Notes: generated by a model not told the origin, from the letters alone. A DNA stretch of 64,000 nt from Candidatus Nomurabacteria bacterium (GCA_023267215.1 JAHFNS010000001.1:22043-86042), one strand, 5' to 3'; shown: positions 26,545 to 35,450, numbered from the stretch's first letter. Translations and numbers: made by a program.

Positions 26545-27507
26545 GTGGTGATTAAAACCATGAAAAAAATATTTAGAATTATTGTTGTTTTAATTGCACT
26601 AGGTGTATTGTTTTTTTTGTCTCAATATCGAATTACACAAATTTTATCAATCGTACAGAATAAATACTCACCTTGTAGTCAGCCGATAACATATTCTCTT
26701 GGTTCTTTTGATACTAGATTTAATATATCCAAAGAAGAATTTTTAAAAAAGGTTAATATCGCAGAAAGTACCTGGGAACAATCTATAAATAAAGAACTTT
26801 TTACATATAAGCCAAATGGTGATGGTGTTTTAAAAATAAATCTTGTTTATGATGTTCGACAAGAAGCTAGTCAAAAATTAAAGGATATAGGTATTACGGT
26901 TAATGATAGTCGTACATCTTATGATGATTTAAAATTAAAATATGACTCCATGCAAAGCGCCTATATTAAATTTAAGAAAGATTTTGAATCAAGGGTTGTC
27001 TTGTTTCAGGATCGTCAAAATGTTTATGCCAAAGAAGTTGAATATTCAAATGCAAACGGGGGTGCTTCTAAAGAAGACTTTGATCGTTTGAATAAAGAGA
27101 AAGATTATTTAGATATAGAATTTGCAAGAATAAATAAATTACAAGAAGAAATTAATTCAAAAGTGGAAAATATTAATGCAATAGTTATTGTTTTAAATAG
27201 ACTTGTTTCTTCTTTGAATATCGAAGTTAAGAAATTTAATACTATTGGTAGTCAACTGGGTGGAGAATTTGAAGAAGGTACATATCAAGAAACTTCTAAC
27301 GGTAAAGAAATTGATATTTATCAATTTGATAATAAGGGCAAACTAGCAAGGGTTTTAACTCACGAATTTGGTCACGCCTTAGGTTTAGGTCATTTAGAAA
27401 ATCCTAAGGCTGTAATGTATCGACTAAATAATGGGGTTAATGAAAAATTAACGAGCGAGGACATCTTGGCATTAAAAACACATTGCGGTGTATCTATCTC
27501 ATTATAA
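26545..27507 (+). CDS. Secreted zinc metalloprotease (metzincin/matrixin-like)
   Basis: N-terminal TM/signal segment, coiled-coil middle region, and HEFGHALGLGH (HExxHxxGxxH) near the C-terminus. Confidence 0.6.
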   Translation: MVIKTMKKIFRIIVVLIALGVLFFLSQYRITQILSIVQNKYSPCSQPITYSLGSFDTRFNISKEEFLKKVNIAESTWEQSINKELFTYKPNGDGVLKINLVYDVRQEASQKLKDIGITVNDSRTSYDDLKLKYDSMQSAYIKFKKDFESRVVLFQDRQNVYAKEVEYSNANGGASKEDFDRLNKEKDYLDIEFARINKLQEEINSKVENINAIVIVLNRLVSSLNIEVKKFNTIGSQLGGEFEEGTYQETSNGKEIDIYQFDNKGKLARVLTHEFGHALGLGHLENPKAVMYRLNNGVNEKLTSEDILALKTHCGVSISL

Positions 27508-27514
27508 TATCTTG

Positions 27515-27586
27515 TGCCCTCACTCCGAATCGAACGGGGATCTATTCCTTAGGACGGAACTGTTCTATCCATTGAACTATGAGGGC
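27515..27586 (-). tRNA. tRNA-Arg (anticodon CCT)
   Basis: Reverse complement folds as a cloverleaf: acceptor GCCCTCA/TGAGGGC, anticodon loop GTCCTAA, T-arm CCCCG-TTCGATT-CGGAG. Confidence 0.7.
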
Positions 27587-27692
27587 ATTCTTATTAAAAC
27601 TATTATAATTTAACATAAAAAAGTCAAATTTGAAAACTTGTCCCGCCTAGCTTAGGCGGGGTGAATTGGCTTTTTAGTGAAGCTATGATAAA

Positions 27693-27968
27693 ATGTGCTC
27701 TATGGACCCTGAATCCAAACAATTACTTCAAAACACACTAGCTCTCGCTGAAGAAAACAATAAATTACTTCATAAAATAAGAGGTGTTCAAAGAAGAGAA
27801 GCTATTTGGGGTACATTAAAAATTATCGTGATAATAGCGATAGCCCTAGGGTCACTTTATTATATAGAACCATATTTAGATAAAATATTAAATCTATATA
27901 ATTCAGTTACAGGGATAGAACAAAAAGTAAACAGCAGTCCTTTGCAAGATTTGTTAAAGAAATTTTAG
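27693..27968 (+). CDS. Hypothetical small membrane-anchored protein
   Basis: 91 aa with one central TM helix. Confidence 0.3.
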   Translation: MCSMDPESKQLLQNTLALAEENNKLLHKIRGVQRREAIWGTLKIIVIIAIALGSLYYIEPYLDKILNLYNSVTGIEQKVNSSPLQDLLKKF

Positions 27969-27979
27969 AATTAAAATAT

Positions 27980-28051
27980 GCCTAGGTAGCTCAGTAGTAG
28001 AGCGTTCCCCTGAAGAGGGACAGGTCGGGTGTGCGATCCACCCCCTAGGCA
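27980..28051 (+). tRNA. tRNA-Phe (anticodon GAA) with an unusual T-loop (G at position 55)
   Basis: Perfect acceptor (GCCTAGG/CCTAGGC), D stem (GCTC/GAGC) and T stem (GGGTG/CACCC). Anticodon loop CTGAAGA. T-loop TGCGATC instead of TTCGAWT. Confidence 0.6.
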
Positions 28052-28053
28052 CA
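28016..28053 (+). repeat. Direct repeat copy 1 (38 bp; 3' half of tRNA-Phe from the anticodon stem to the discriminator)
   Basis: AGGGACAGGTCGGGTGTGCGATCCACCCCCTAGGCACA is identical to 28412..28449. Confidence 0.9.
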
Positions 28054-28107
28054 TGAAAAATAAAATAAACTTAACTCAACTAAAGAAATATAATTAGATA
28101 TAATTAT

Positions 28108-28410
28108 ATGTCTTGTTATGTTTATATGATAAAAAGCATAAAAGATAACAGTTATTATGTTGGTATTTCAGAAGATCCTATTAGGAGATTGAAGGAACAT
28201 AATAGCGGTAAATTAAAAAGAACAGCTAAAAATAAACCACATAAGATTGTATTTATAAAAGAACACTTAGATTATAAAAAGGCGAGAATACACGAGATTT
28301 GGCTTAAGAAGAAAAATAAAGAATATAAGGACAAAGTGGCTGATTTCGATGCGAAAAATAAAAATTATGTAGAGCATTCCCCCTTGCCCCGCCCATTACG
28401 GGCGGGGTGA
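28108..28410 (+). CDS. GIY-YIG nuclease family protein (YhbQ/UPF0213-like)
   Basis: CYVYMIKSIKDNSYYVGISEDPIRRLKEHNSG parallels E. coli YhbQ [31 protein letters not shown]: GIY...YIG spacing and conserved Arg/Glu/Asn. Confidence 0.8.
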   Translation: MSCYVYMIKSIKDNSYYVGISEDPIRRLKEHNSGKLKRTAKNKPHKIVFIKEHLDYKKARIHEIWLKKKNKEYKDKVADFDAKNKNYVEHSPLPRPLRAG

Positions 28411-28411
28411 A

Positions 28412-28449
28412 AGGGACAGGTCGGGTGTGCGATCCACCCCCTAGGCACA
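28412..28449 (+). repeat. Direct repeat copy 2 (displaced duplicate of the tRNA-Phe 3' half)
   Basis: Exact 38/38 match to 28016..28053. Preceded by the hairpin CCCGCCCATTACGGGCGGG. Confidence 0.9.
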
Positions 28450-28452
28450 AAA

Positions 28453-28932
28453 TTAGATAGATCTAATCTTAATGGTGTTCTTTTTTTCTTTATCTACTTT
28501 TTGGATTTTAATAGTTAAAAGTCCGTGTTTTTCTGTAGCTTCTACTTCTTCTGGTTCTACTTCCTGGGGGAGAAGAATAGTGCGAGAAAATTTACCCCAA
28601 TAAAGCTCTTTAACAAAATAATTTTCTTCATCAATATTTCTGTTTTCCTCTCTCTTACCTTTGATGGTTATCAAATCTCTTCCTATCGTAAGTTCTAAGT
28701 CATCTGGTTTTACACCAGCGACCATTGTTTGCACGATGATATCTGTTGGTGTTTGATAGACATCGACAGTTAATTCCATTTCTTCATTTTCTTCTTCCAT
28801 CCAATCGTTCCCATTGCCATTTTTTTTATCTGCTCTTCCCGGCAAATCTTTTATCTCTTCATACTCTTCTTCAACCCGAATACTACCCGTTAATCTATCT
28901 AAAAAACTTCTTTTTTTATTTTGTGTATTCAT
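28453..28932 (-). CDS. Hsp20/alpha-crystallin family small heat-shock protein
   Basis: Alpha-crystallin domain: ...ITIKGKREE...FSRTILLPQEVEPEEVEATEKHGLLTIKI. Confidence 0.85.
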   Translation of the reverse strand: MNTQNKKRSFLDRLTGSIRVEEEYEEIKDLPGRADKKNGNGNDWMEEENEEMELTVDVYQTPTDIIVQTMVAGVKPDDLELTIGRDLITIKGKREENRNIDEENYFVKELYWGKFSRTILLPQEVEPEEVEATEKHGLLTIKIQKVDKEKKNTIKIRSI

Positions 28933-29006
28933 CCTATTAAAAATTTTAATTAATAAACCATTTAGATTATAACCTGTCCGTTGAATTTTTAACGGGACAA
29001 GTAATT

Positions 29007-29699
29007 TTAATTTTTCACGCTCATTCTTCTTAATTTTTCAAAAACTAGTATTATAATAATTGTAACGACCCAAAGAAAACCTAAAATTCCCAAAATATTA
29101 TTTCCACTATTATTCATTATAAAAAAATTAAAGATACTATGCAAGGTGATAGCGAGTAAAAGTCCTACCAATAAATATATTTTTTTTATAAATTTCCCCA
29201 TAAAAAAGGAGAGCCCTAAAGCAACACCTATAATACCACTCGATACAGCATGAAGAAGAGTAGAACCTAAAAATCTTAATTGCCCAGTAAGTAAGCCCAC
29301 GGTAGTTTCATTTAAAGAGAGTGGTTTAATCAAAAACATTGAATTTTCTAGGGCAGCGAATCCTAAACCAGCGGTGATTAAAAAAATTGGCCAATCTATT
29401 GGTTCATCGATTCGGTTTGATTTGTAAAGTAAAATTAATACACTTAAATATTTAATTAATTCTTCTGCACTTGCCCAACTTATTATTTGCCATTGAGATG
29501 AAAGCACATGACTTTGAATAAATTTTTGAATTGGAATGACAAAAATAACAGAAATCATTCCAATAATAAATATAGTTGCGATAAGTTTTTTTGGTTCTGG
29601 TTTTTGATTATCTTCTTTTAGCCAAAACCAAAGCCAAAGTAGGGCCGGAGTTATTCCTCCCAAAAGTGCTAAACCTAAAATTTTAGGATCGCTAATCAT
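29007..29699 (-). CDS. PrsW-family intramembrane protease-like membrane protein
   Basis: Polytopic membrane protein with an EELIKY (EExxK-like) motif and GFAALENSMF (FxxxE-like) resembling PrsW/CPBP motifs. Confidence 0.45.
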   Translation of the reverse strand: MISDPKILGLALLGGITPALLWLWFWLKEDNQKPEPKKLIATIFIIGMISVIFVIPIQKFIQSHVLSSQWQIISWASAEELIKYLSVLILLYKSNRIDEPIDWPIFLITAGLGFAALENSMFLIKPLSLNETTVGLLTGQLRFLGSTLLHAVSSGIIGVALGLSFFMGKFIKKIYLLVGLLLAITLHSIFNFFIMNNSGNNILGILGFLWVVTIIIILVFEKLRRMSVKN

Positions 29700-31899
29700 C
29701 GATTCTATTTTTACTGTTATCTAAAGGCCATTTTTCGACTAATAATAATTTTTTATTTATAGTAGATAAGATTAACCAAATTTCTTCAGTGATGAATGGT
29801 ATAAATGGGTGAAGTGCTTTAAGAAGAGTTGTAAGTTGTATATAAAGTATTGCTTTAGCGGAATCAGCATTCTTATTTTCTAGTATTTTTTTCTTTGATC
29901 TTTCAATAATAATATCGGCAAAAGTGTGCCAGAAATAATGGTAGAGTTTTTCTGCTACGATAGAATATCTGAATTCATCCATTTCTTTGGAAATTTCAAT
30001 GATTAAGTCTTCTAGCTCTTTCTCATTTATTTTATCTTCTTCGTCTAAGTTTGGTAAGTTTGATATATCAAGATCTTTAGTTTGTTCAATAACAAATCTT
30101 GATGCATTCCAAATTTTGTTAGCAAATTTTGAGTATCCACGAATATCATTTTCATTTAGTTTTAAATCATTTCCAGGAGTGTTTCCTACAATCATTGCCA
30201 TACGAAGTGCATCATTTCCATATTTTTTTATAATATCGAGTGGGTCTGTAGCTTTTTCACCTAACGATTTAGACATCTTTTTTCCGTCAGCTGTACGTAC
30301 CATTCCATGAAAATAAACATTTTTAAATGGAATTTCTCCCATTATGTATTGAGACATTAAAATCATTCGAGCAATCCAAAAGAAAATAAGGTCATACATT
30401 GTTTCAAGTACGGTTGTAGGATGGTATGTTTTTAGATCTCCAGTTTTTTCTGGTTTACCCGCTATGGTTTTAACGGCGGTGGGCCAACCTAGCGTAGAGA
30501 AAGTCCAAAGCCCAGAAGAAAACCATGTATCTAAAGTATCTTCATCTTGAGTCCACCCAGCTTCTTTTGGAGCTTCTATGTCGCAATATATTTCATTGTT
30601 ACGATACCAAACAGGAATTCTGTGTCCATACCATATTTGACGAGAGATACACCAATCACGTAAATTTTCGATCCAATTATAATAAACTTTTTCAAAATGA
30701 CCTGGTAGAATTTTTATTTTTCCATCTCGCACAGGTTCTAACATGAGTTCTTTCAAACTTTTATTTTCCCTAGAAGGGATTTTTTTATTTACATCTATAA
30801 ACCATTGGAGCATTATTTGTGGTTCTATCATTCCACCAGTTCTTTCAGCTGTGGCTACTCTGTTTATATAATTTTCATCAATTGATACAAGTAATCCCTT
30901 TTCTTTTAATTTTTCTACTATTTTTTCACGAGCATCATTTATTTTCATTCCTGCAAATTCTCCTGCTATTCCAAGTAGTTTTCCATATTTATCAATAATT
31001 TGTTCTTTGTCTAATTTATATTTTTCTGCAAGAGCAAAATCTTCGTGTGAATGCCAAGGGGTGATGGTCATAACTCCAGTACCGAATTCCATATCAATCA
31101 TTTTATCTTTTATTACAGTAGCTTCTATTGGTCCATTAATCCATTCTAAATTTATTTTTTGTCCATGTTTCCAGTCTAGGTATCTTTTATCATCTGGATG
31201 CATTACTACATATTTGTCTCCAAATTTTGTTTCTGGTCGAGCGGTGGCTATTTCAAATGGGCCATATTTAAAAGTATAGAATTTATTTTTTCTTTCTTCA
31301 TAGACAACCTCGTCATCAGAAATAACTGTTTGACCTTTAGGATCCCAATTTACTATACGATGTCCTCGATAAATAAGACCATCATCATACATTTGTTTAA
31401 AAGTTGTTCTTACAGCTAAATTCCTTTTTTCATCTAGGGTATATGCTTCTCGAGACCAATCTAAAGATGCTCCCATTTTTTTACATTGATTGACAATAGT
31501 GTCATGAGAATCTTGCGCAAATTTTTCTACTCGTTTTAAAAATTCTTCACGTCCAAGGTCACTTTTGCGGATACCTTCTTTTTCTAAAAGTTTTTCTACT
31601 TTTGATTGAGTAGCTATGGCAGCGTGATCAGTACCTGGGAGCCATAGGGTTCTTTTTCCCTGCATTCTTGCATGACGAGTCATTATGTCTTCAATTATTA
31701 AAACGAGGGCATGCCCTGTGTGAAGATTACCCGTCACGTTTGGTGGGGGGAGTACCATAGAAAAAACTGGAGCATCAGGTTTGGTTACTCCTTTTTCTAT
31801 ACATATATCAGGGTTAAAAAAACCGCTCTCTTCCCAGATTTTATAAATTTTATCTTCCGTTTCTTTTGGATCGTAGGGCTTTAGTAATCTTTCATCCAT
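29692..31899 (-). CDS. valS: Valyl-tRNA synthetase
   Basis: PPPNVTGNLHTGHAL (HIGH region) and KMSKSLGE. Class I editing synthetase layout. Compact at 735 aa. Confidence 0.85.
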   Translation of the reverse strand: MDERLLKPYDPKETEDKIYKIWEESGFFNPDICIEKGVTKPDAPVFSMVLPPPNVTGNLHTGHALVLIIEDIMTRHARMQGKRTLWLPGTDHAAIATQSKVEKLLEKEGIRKSDLGREEFLKRVEKFAQDSHDTIVNQCKKMGASLDWSREAYTLDEKRNLAVRTTFKQMYDDGLIYRGHRIVNWDPKGQTVISDDEVVYEERKNKFYTFKYGPFEIATARPETKFGDKYVVMHPDDKRYLDWKHGQKINLEWINGPIEATVIKDKMIDMEFGTGVMTITPWHSHEDFALAEKYKLDKEQIIDKYGKLLGIAGEFAGMKINDAREKIVEKLKEKGLLVSIDENYINRVATAERTGGMIEPQIMLQWFIDVNKKIPSRENKSLKELMLEPVRDGKIKILPGHFEKVYYNWIENLRDWCISRQIWYGHRIPVWYRNNEIYCDIEAPKEAGWTQDEDTLDTWFSSGLWTFSTLGWPTAVKTIAGKPEKTGDLKTYHPTTVLETMYDLIFFWIARMILMSQYIMGEIPFKNVYFHGMVRTADGKKMSKSLGEKATDPLDIIKKYGNDALRMAMIVGNTPGNDLKLNENDIRGYSKFANKIWNASRFVIEQTKDLDISNLPNLDEEDKINEKELEDLIIEISKEMDEFRYSIVAEKLYHYFWHTFADIIIERSKKKILENKNADSAKAILYIQLTTLLKALHPFIPFITEEIWLILSTINKKLLLVEKWPLDNSKNRIDD

Positions 31900-32011
31900 C
31901 TTTAAATTATATCATTTTATTGATGTTTTTAGACCTTGACTTTTTAAAAAATACTTATATAATGGGGTATAGAAAAGAACATTAAGTTCTTTCACAAATT
32001 ACCAACTTACT

Positions 32012-32497
32012 GTGATAGTAAGTGATTTAAAACAATCAATTCGACGAAAGGTCGAGGAGGTAAAAATGGCTACTGTAAATAACGAAAAGACAGAGAATGG
32101 TTTTCTGAAAAAAAGAGAAATTCATAATATTGATTTCTCAATTTCGGCTGTTGTTTGTTTTTTAGATCAGGTTATCCAACCTATCCAAGGAAAAAGAATT
32201 AAATTAATTAGCGGAGGATTTAATGCTTGTATAATAAACGGATGTACTTTAAAAGGTGGTGCATTAAATTTTCTCATAGAGATAAAACCGTTTTCTTGGG
32301 AAAAAGGGTATTCTGTTATTATCAGGCTAATGAAAATTGATAGTAGCTTTAATTGGTGGCTATGTTATATTGGTTTTCGTTTCATCGATAAATGCGATGA
32401 AACTTTTAGAGTAGAACATCCAGTGTGTTATATTAATTTTTCGAAAGTTCTCGTAGAAGAATGCAGAACTTTTTTGACCAATATCTTAAAGAATTAA
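32012..32497 (+). CDS. Hypothetical Cys-rich protein
   Basis: 161-aa ORF divergent from valS. No motif recognised. Confidence 0.25.
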   Translation: MIVSDLKQSIRRKVEEVKMATVNNEKTENGFLKKREIHNIDFSISAVVCFLDQVIQPIQGKRIKLISGGFNACIINGCTLKGGALNFLIEIKPFSWEKGYSVIIRLMKIDSSFNWWLCYIGFRFIDKCDETFRVEHPVCYINFSKVLVEECRTFLTNILKN

Positions 32498-33723
32498 TTT
32501 TTTCCTAGTTTTAAGTTTCCATCGGCCCGTATTTCTTTTTTTGGAATGCGGGCTTTATTCTTTATATAATTTAAATATCCAGCTACGCCTATCATTATAG
32601 AATTATCTCCAGTTAATGCTTTTTCGGGGAAAAGTAATGTTGTCTTTTTATCTATCGTTTTTTCCATTTGTCTTCTTAAGTGTTCGTTGCAAGAGACTCC
32701 ACCGGCTACTATTATTGTTTTTACTTTAAATTTTTCTGCTGCCTTTGTTGTTTTGTGAATGAGAACATCAACTACAGCATTTTCAAATTCTAGTGCTATT
32801 TTTTGTTTTATTTCTTCTTTTTCTAAGATATTTGGATTTTCTTTTTTTAAATCACGTATCAAATACAAAACGGCAGTTTTTAATCCAGAAAAAGAAAAAT
32901 CAAAATTTTTACTATACATCATAGGGCGGGGAAGAACTGCAGAAAAATCAATCTTTTTGGGGTCGCTGTCTCCGCTTACTAGCGGAGCGCTGCCTCTCGG
33001 CCCGTCGGCCTGCGAGACACCCCATAAAGATTGTTTTTCTGCAGTTCTGACTTCCTCTGCTAACCTTGAAATTTCTGGTCCACCAGGATATTTTAGACCC
33101 ATCATTCTCGCTACCTTATCATAGGCTTCTCCAGCGGCATCATCTAATGTTTGTCCCAATATTTTATATTGTATCCAATTTTTTGAGAGAATGAGTTCAG
33201 TGTGTCCACCTGAGACGAGTAAAGATAATGTAGGGAATTTCATTTTTGGAATTTTAAAACTTCCTTTGTTTTTAGCAAAAACAGAAAATATATGTCCCTC
33301 CATATGATTCACTGGTACGAGAGAGATGTTCCATTTTTTTGCGAGCTCTTTCGCGAAAACTATTCCACTCCAAAGTGAAGGCTCTAGTCCAGGGCCATAT
33401 GTGACGGTTATTAAATCAATTCCAGCTGGATTAGTATCAAAGGCAAGGCCTTTTTGAATTCTTAAGGCCTTGCCTTTTAAAAAAGCCTGGCTTTTGGAGA
33501 ATTTCTTTAAAACTTCTTCTAAAAGTATAGGTAAATTTTTTATGTGTTCTCGTTTTGCAAGGGCAGGGAAGACTCCGCCATATTCTGCGTGTATTTTTAT
33601 TTGTGAATTAGCAGCATTGGCCAATATCTTAAAAGAGGCATTATTATTTTTAATGTCTCCTTTGGCTTCCAATATACTTATTGCTGTGTCGTCGCAACTT
33701 GTTTCAATACTTAAAATTTTCAT
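32494..33723 (-). CDS. tsaD: tRNA N6-adenosine threonylcarbamoyltransferase TsaD, carrying an in-frame repeat-element insertion
   Basis: MKILSIETSCDDTAISI, HMEGH, YPGGP...LPRPM, FDFSFSGLKT. 409 aa versus ~340 typical. The extra segment corresponds to the element at 32933..33048. Confidence 0.85.
   Translation of the reverse strand: MKILSIETSCDDTAISILEAKGDIKNNNASFKILANAANSQIKIHAEYGGVFPALAKREHIKNLPILLEEVLKKFSKSQAFLKGKALRIQKGLAFDTNPAGIDLITVTYGPGLEPSLWSGIVFAKELAKKWNISLVPVNHMEGHIFSVFAKNKGSFKIPKMKFPTLSLLVSGGHTELILSKNWIQYKILGQTLDDAAGEAYDKVARMMGLKYPGGPEISRLAEEVRTAEKQSLWGVSQADGPRGSAPLVSGDSDPKKIDFSAVLPRPMMYSKNFDFSFSGLKTAVLYLIRDLKKENPNILEKEEIKQKIALEFENAVVDVLIHKTTKAAEKFKVKTIIVAGGVSCNEHLRRQMEKTIDKKTTLLFPEKALTGDNSIMIGVAGYLNYIKNKARIPKKEIRADGNLKLGKN
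32933..33048. repeat. ~116-bp inverted-repeat element (26-30-bp AT-rich arms, GC-rich core) inserted in-frame in tsaD
   Basis: AGAACTGCAGAAAAATCAATCTTTTTGGGG - GC-rich core (CTCCGCTTACTAGCGGAG, GGCCCGTCGGCC) - CCCCATAAAGATTGTTTTTCTGCAGTTCT. Arms match with 2 mismatches. Confidence 0.8.
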
Positions 33724-33733
33724 AATATTTTTG

Positions 33734-33806
33734 TGCGCGATACAGGATTCGAACCTGTGACCTACCCCACGTCAAGGGGTCGCTCTACCAACTGAGCTAA
33801 CCGCGC
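33734..33806 (-). tRNA. tRNA-Val (anticodon GAC)
   Basis: Reverse complement: acceptor GCGCGGT/ATCGCGC, D-arm AGCTCAGTTGGTAGAGC, anticodon loop TTGACGT, T-arm CAGGTTCGAATCCTG. Lies 10 bp upstream of tsaD. Confidence 0.85.
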
Positions 33807-33827
33807 ATTAAAATACACAAAACCTGA

Positions 33828-34586
33828 TTATACAGCAAAATCCTCTAATATTTCAAGCTCTTCTTTTGAATTGATAGCCAAGGCTTCACTCGGGTCTATG
33901 TTTATTGATTCTATATTTTCTTTTTCTTCTATCACTTTTTTTACTAAGTCTGTCAAGTAATATTCTTTCTGAGCGTTATTATTTTTTAAATTTCTTAATT
34001 CTTTCAAGAGCCACACAGCATCAAAACAAAAATAACAAGGATTTATTTCTTTTATTTTTTTTTCTTCGTCATTTGCATCTCTAAATTCAACTGATCTTAA
34101 AATTTTTCCATCTGCATCTCTAACTATTCTAGAGAAGTTTGTATAAAAAAAAGCACGCCAATCTTCAAAATCTGGTAAAGAAACTGTCGCCATTGTTATT
34201 TTATTTTTAAATTTTAAATGTTCTTCTGCCAACTTTTTTATAGTTTCTGGGGTTATGTAAGGATTATCTCCATATAATACTAAAACGCCGTCAGTATCAT
34301 CCTTGAGATAATCTTGTGCACAGAGGACTGCATGTCCAGTACCAAGTTGTTCTTCTTGAACAGCATAATCATATTTATCACCAAGTTCTTTCTTTACCAA
34401 TTCTTTACCATAGCCAACGACTATGCATGGTTTTTCACAGACGCCGGATTTTTCTACTGACTCTAGTAGATATTTTATCATTGGTTTTCCTTTTAATGGG
34501 ACTAAAACTTTTGGCAAATCGTGTTTCATTCTTGTGCCTTTACCAGCAGCCAGAATAAGGATCTTAATTTTGTTTTCTTTCTTCAT
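33828..34586 (-). CDS. Sugar-1-phosphate nucleotidyltransferase, GlmU N-terminal-like, without the acetyltransferase domain
   Basis: ILAAGKGTRMKHDLPKVLVPLKGKPMI closely matches the GlmU N-terminus. 252 aa. Confidence 0.65.
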   Translation of the reverse strand: MKKENKIKILILAAGKGTRMKHDLPKVLVPLKGKPMIKYLLESVEKSGVCEKPCIVVGYGKELVKKELGDKYDYAVQEEQLGTGHAVLCAQDYLKDDTDGVLVLYGDNPYITPETIKKLAEEHLKFKNKITMATVSLPDFEDWRAFFYTNFSRIVRDADGKILRSVEFRDANDEEKKIKEINPCYFCFDAVWLLKELRNLKNNNAQKEYYLTDLVKKVIEEKENIESINIDPSEALAINSKEELEILEDFAV

Positions 34587-34727
34587 GTTTTAAGATTATA
34601 CACTAAAAATTCTTTTTTAAAAGAAAGATATTTTTTACCTTGTTGTGTAATTTATATTTAATATAGCCGTCATTATATACGAGTATTCGAACTCAAAATT
34701 ATTAATAATATTAATCAAATAAAATTT

Positions 34728-35405
34728 ATGTTAAAAAATAATAAATTTATGTTCTTAGGAATAATAGGAAGCCTTGTATTTGCTTTAGCTTTTGTTGTTG
34801 CTCCTCTATCTACAAAGGCATCAAGTTATTCACAAATTAATGGTAGTGCAACCTTAAAAGTCGGATCTAGAGGTGTAGATGTAACATCTTTACAACAGTT
34901 TCTAGGTTCCAATGGTGATATTTATCCAGCTGGTTCTGTCACTGGATATTTTGGCTCGATGACCAAAGCGGCAGTTATACAATTTCAACTTGCCAATGAA
35001 CTTTCAGCTGATGGTATTGCAGGTTTAAATACTCGCAATAAAGTAAATAGTGCTATTTTAGCTGGACATGGTATTGATGTTTATGCCCCAAGTATAAGCA
35101 ACTTATCTGTTGTTCCATCTGGAAGAAATGTTAGCTTGTCTTTTAATAGTAATGAATTAGTAAAAGCTACTGTCTTTTATGATGTGAATGCTATTAATTG
35201 GAGTAATTGGGATGATTCAAAAATGTCACTTGCTACTCCTCTAATTTCAGGAACTGCAAACGGAGATAATACTTTTAGTTCAAATAAACAATTTACTTTA
35301 AGTAATCTTTCTGCTGATTCAGTTTACAACTATACAATAACTGCTACAGATCAAAGTGGTAATACTACAGTTATTTGGCCTACTACTTTTAGAACAGGAC
35401 AGTAA
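34728..35405 (+). CDS. Secreted protein with a peptidoglycan-binding (PG_binding_1-like) domain
   Basis: Signal/TM N-terminus. LKVGSRGVDVTSLQQFLG...GYFGSMTKAAVIQFQ resembles the PGBD fold. Confidence 0.5.
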   Translation: MLKNNKFMFLGIIGSLVFALAFVVAPLSTKASSYSQINGSATLKVGSRGVDVTSLQQFLGSNGDIYPAGSVTGYFGSMTKAAVIQFQLANELSADGIAGLNTRNKVNSAILAGHGIDVYAPSISNLSVVPSGRNVSLSFNSNELVKATVFYDVNAINWSNWDDSKMSLATPLISGTANGDNTFSSNKQFTLSNLSADSVYNYTITATDQSGNTTVIWPTTFRTGQ

Positions 35406-35450
35406 AATTCTAATAGTATTAAAAAACACCCCATATGTATAGGGTGTTTT

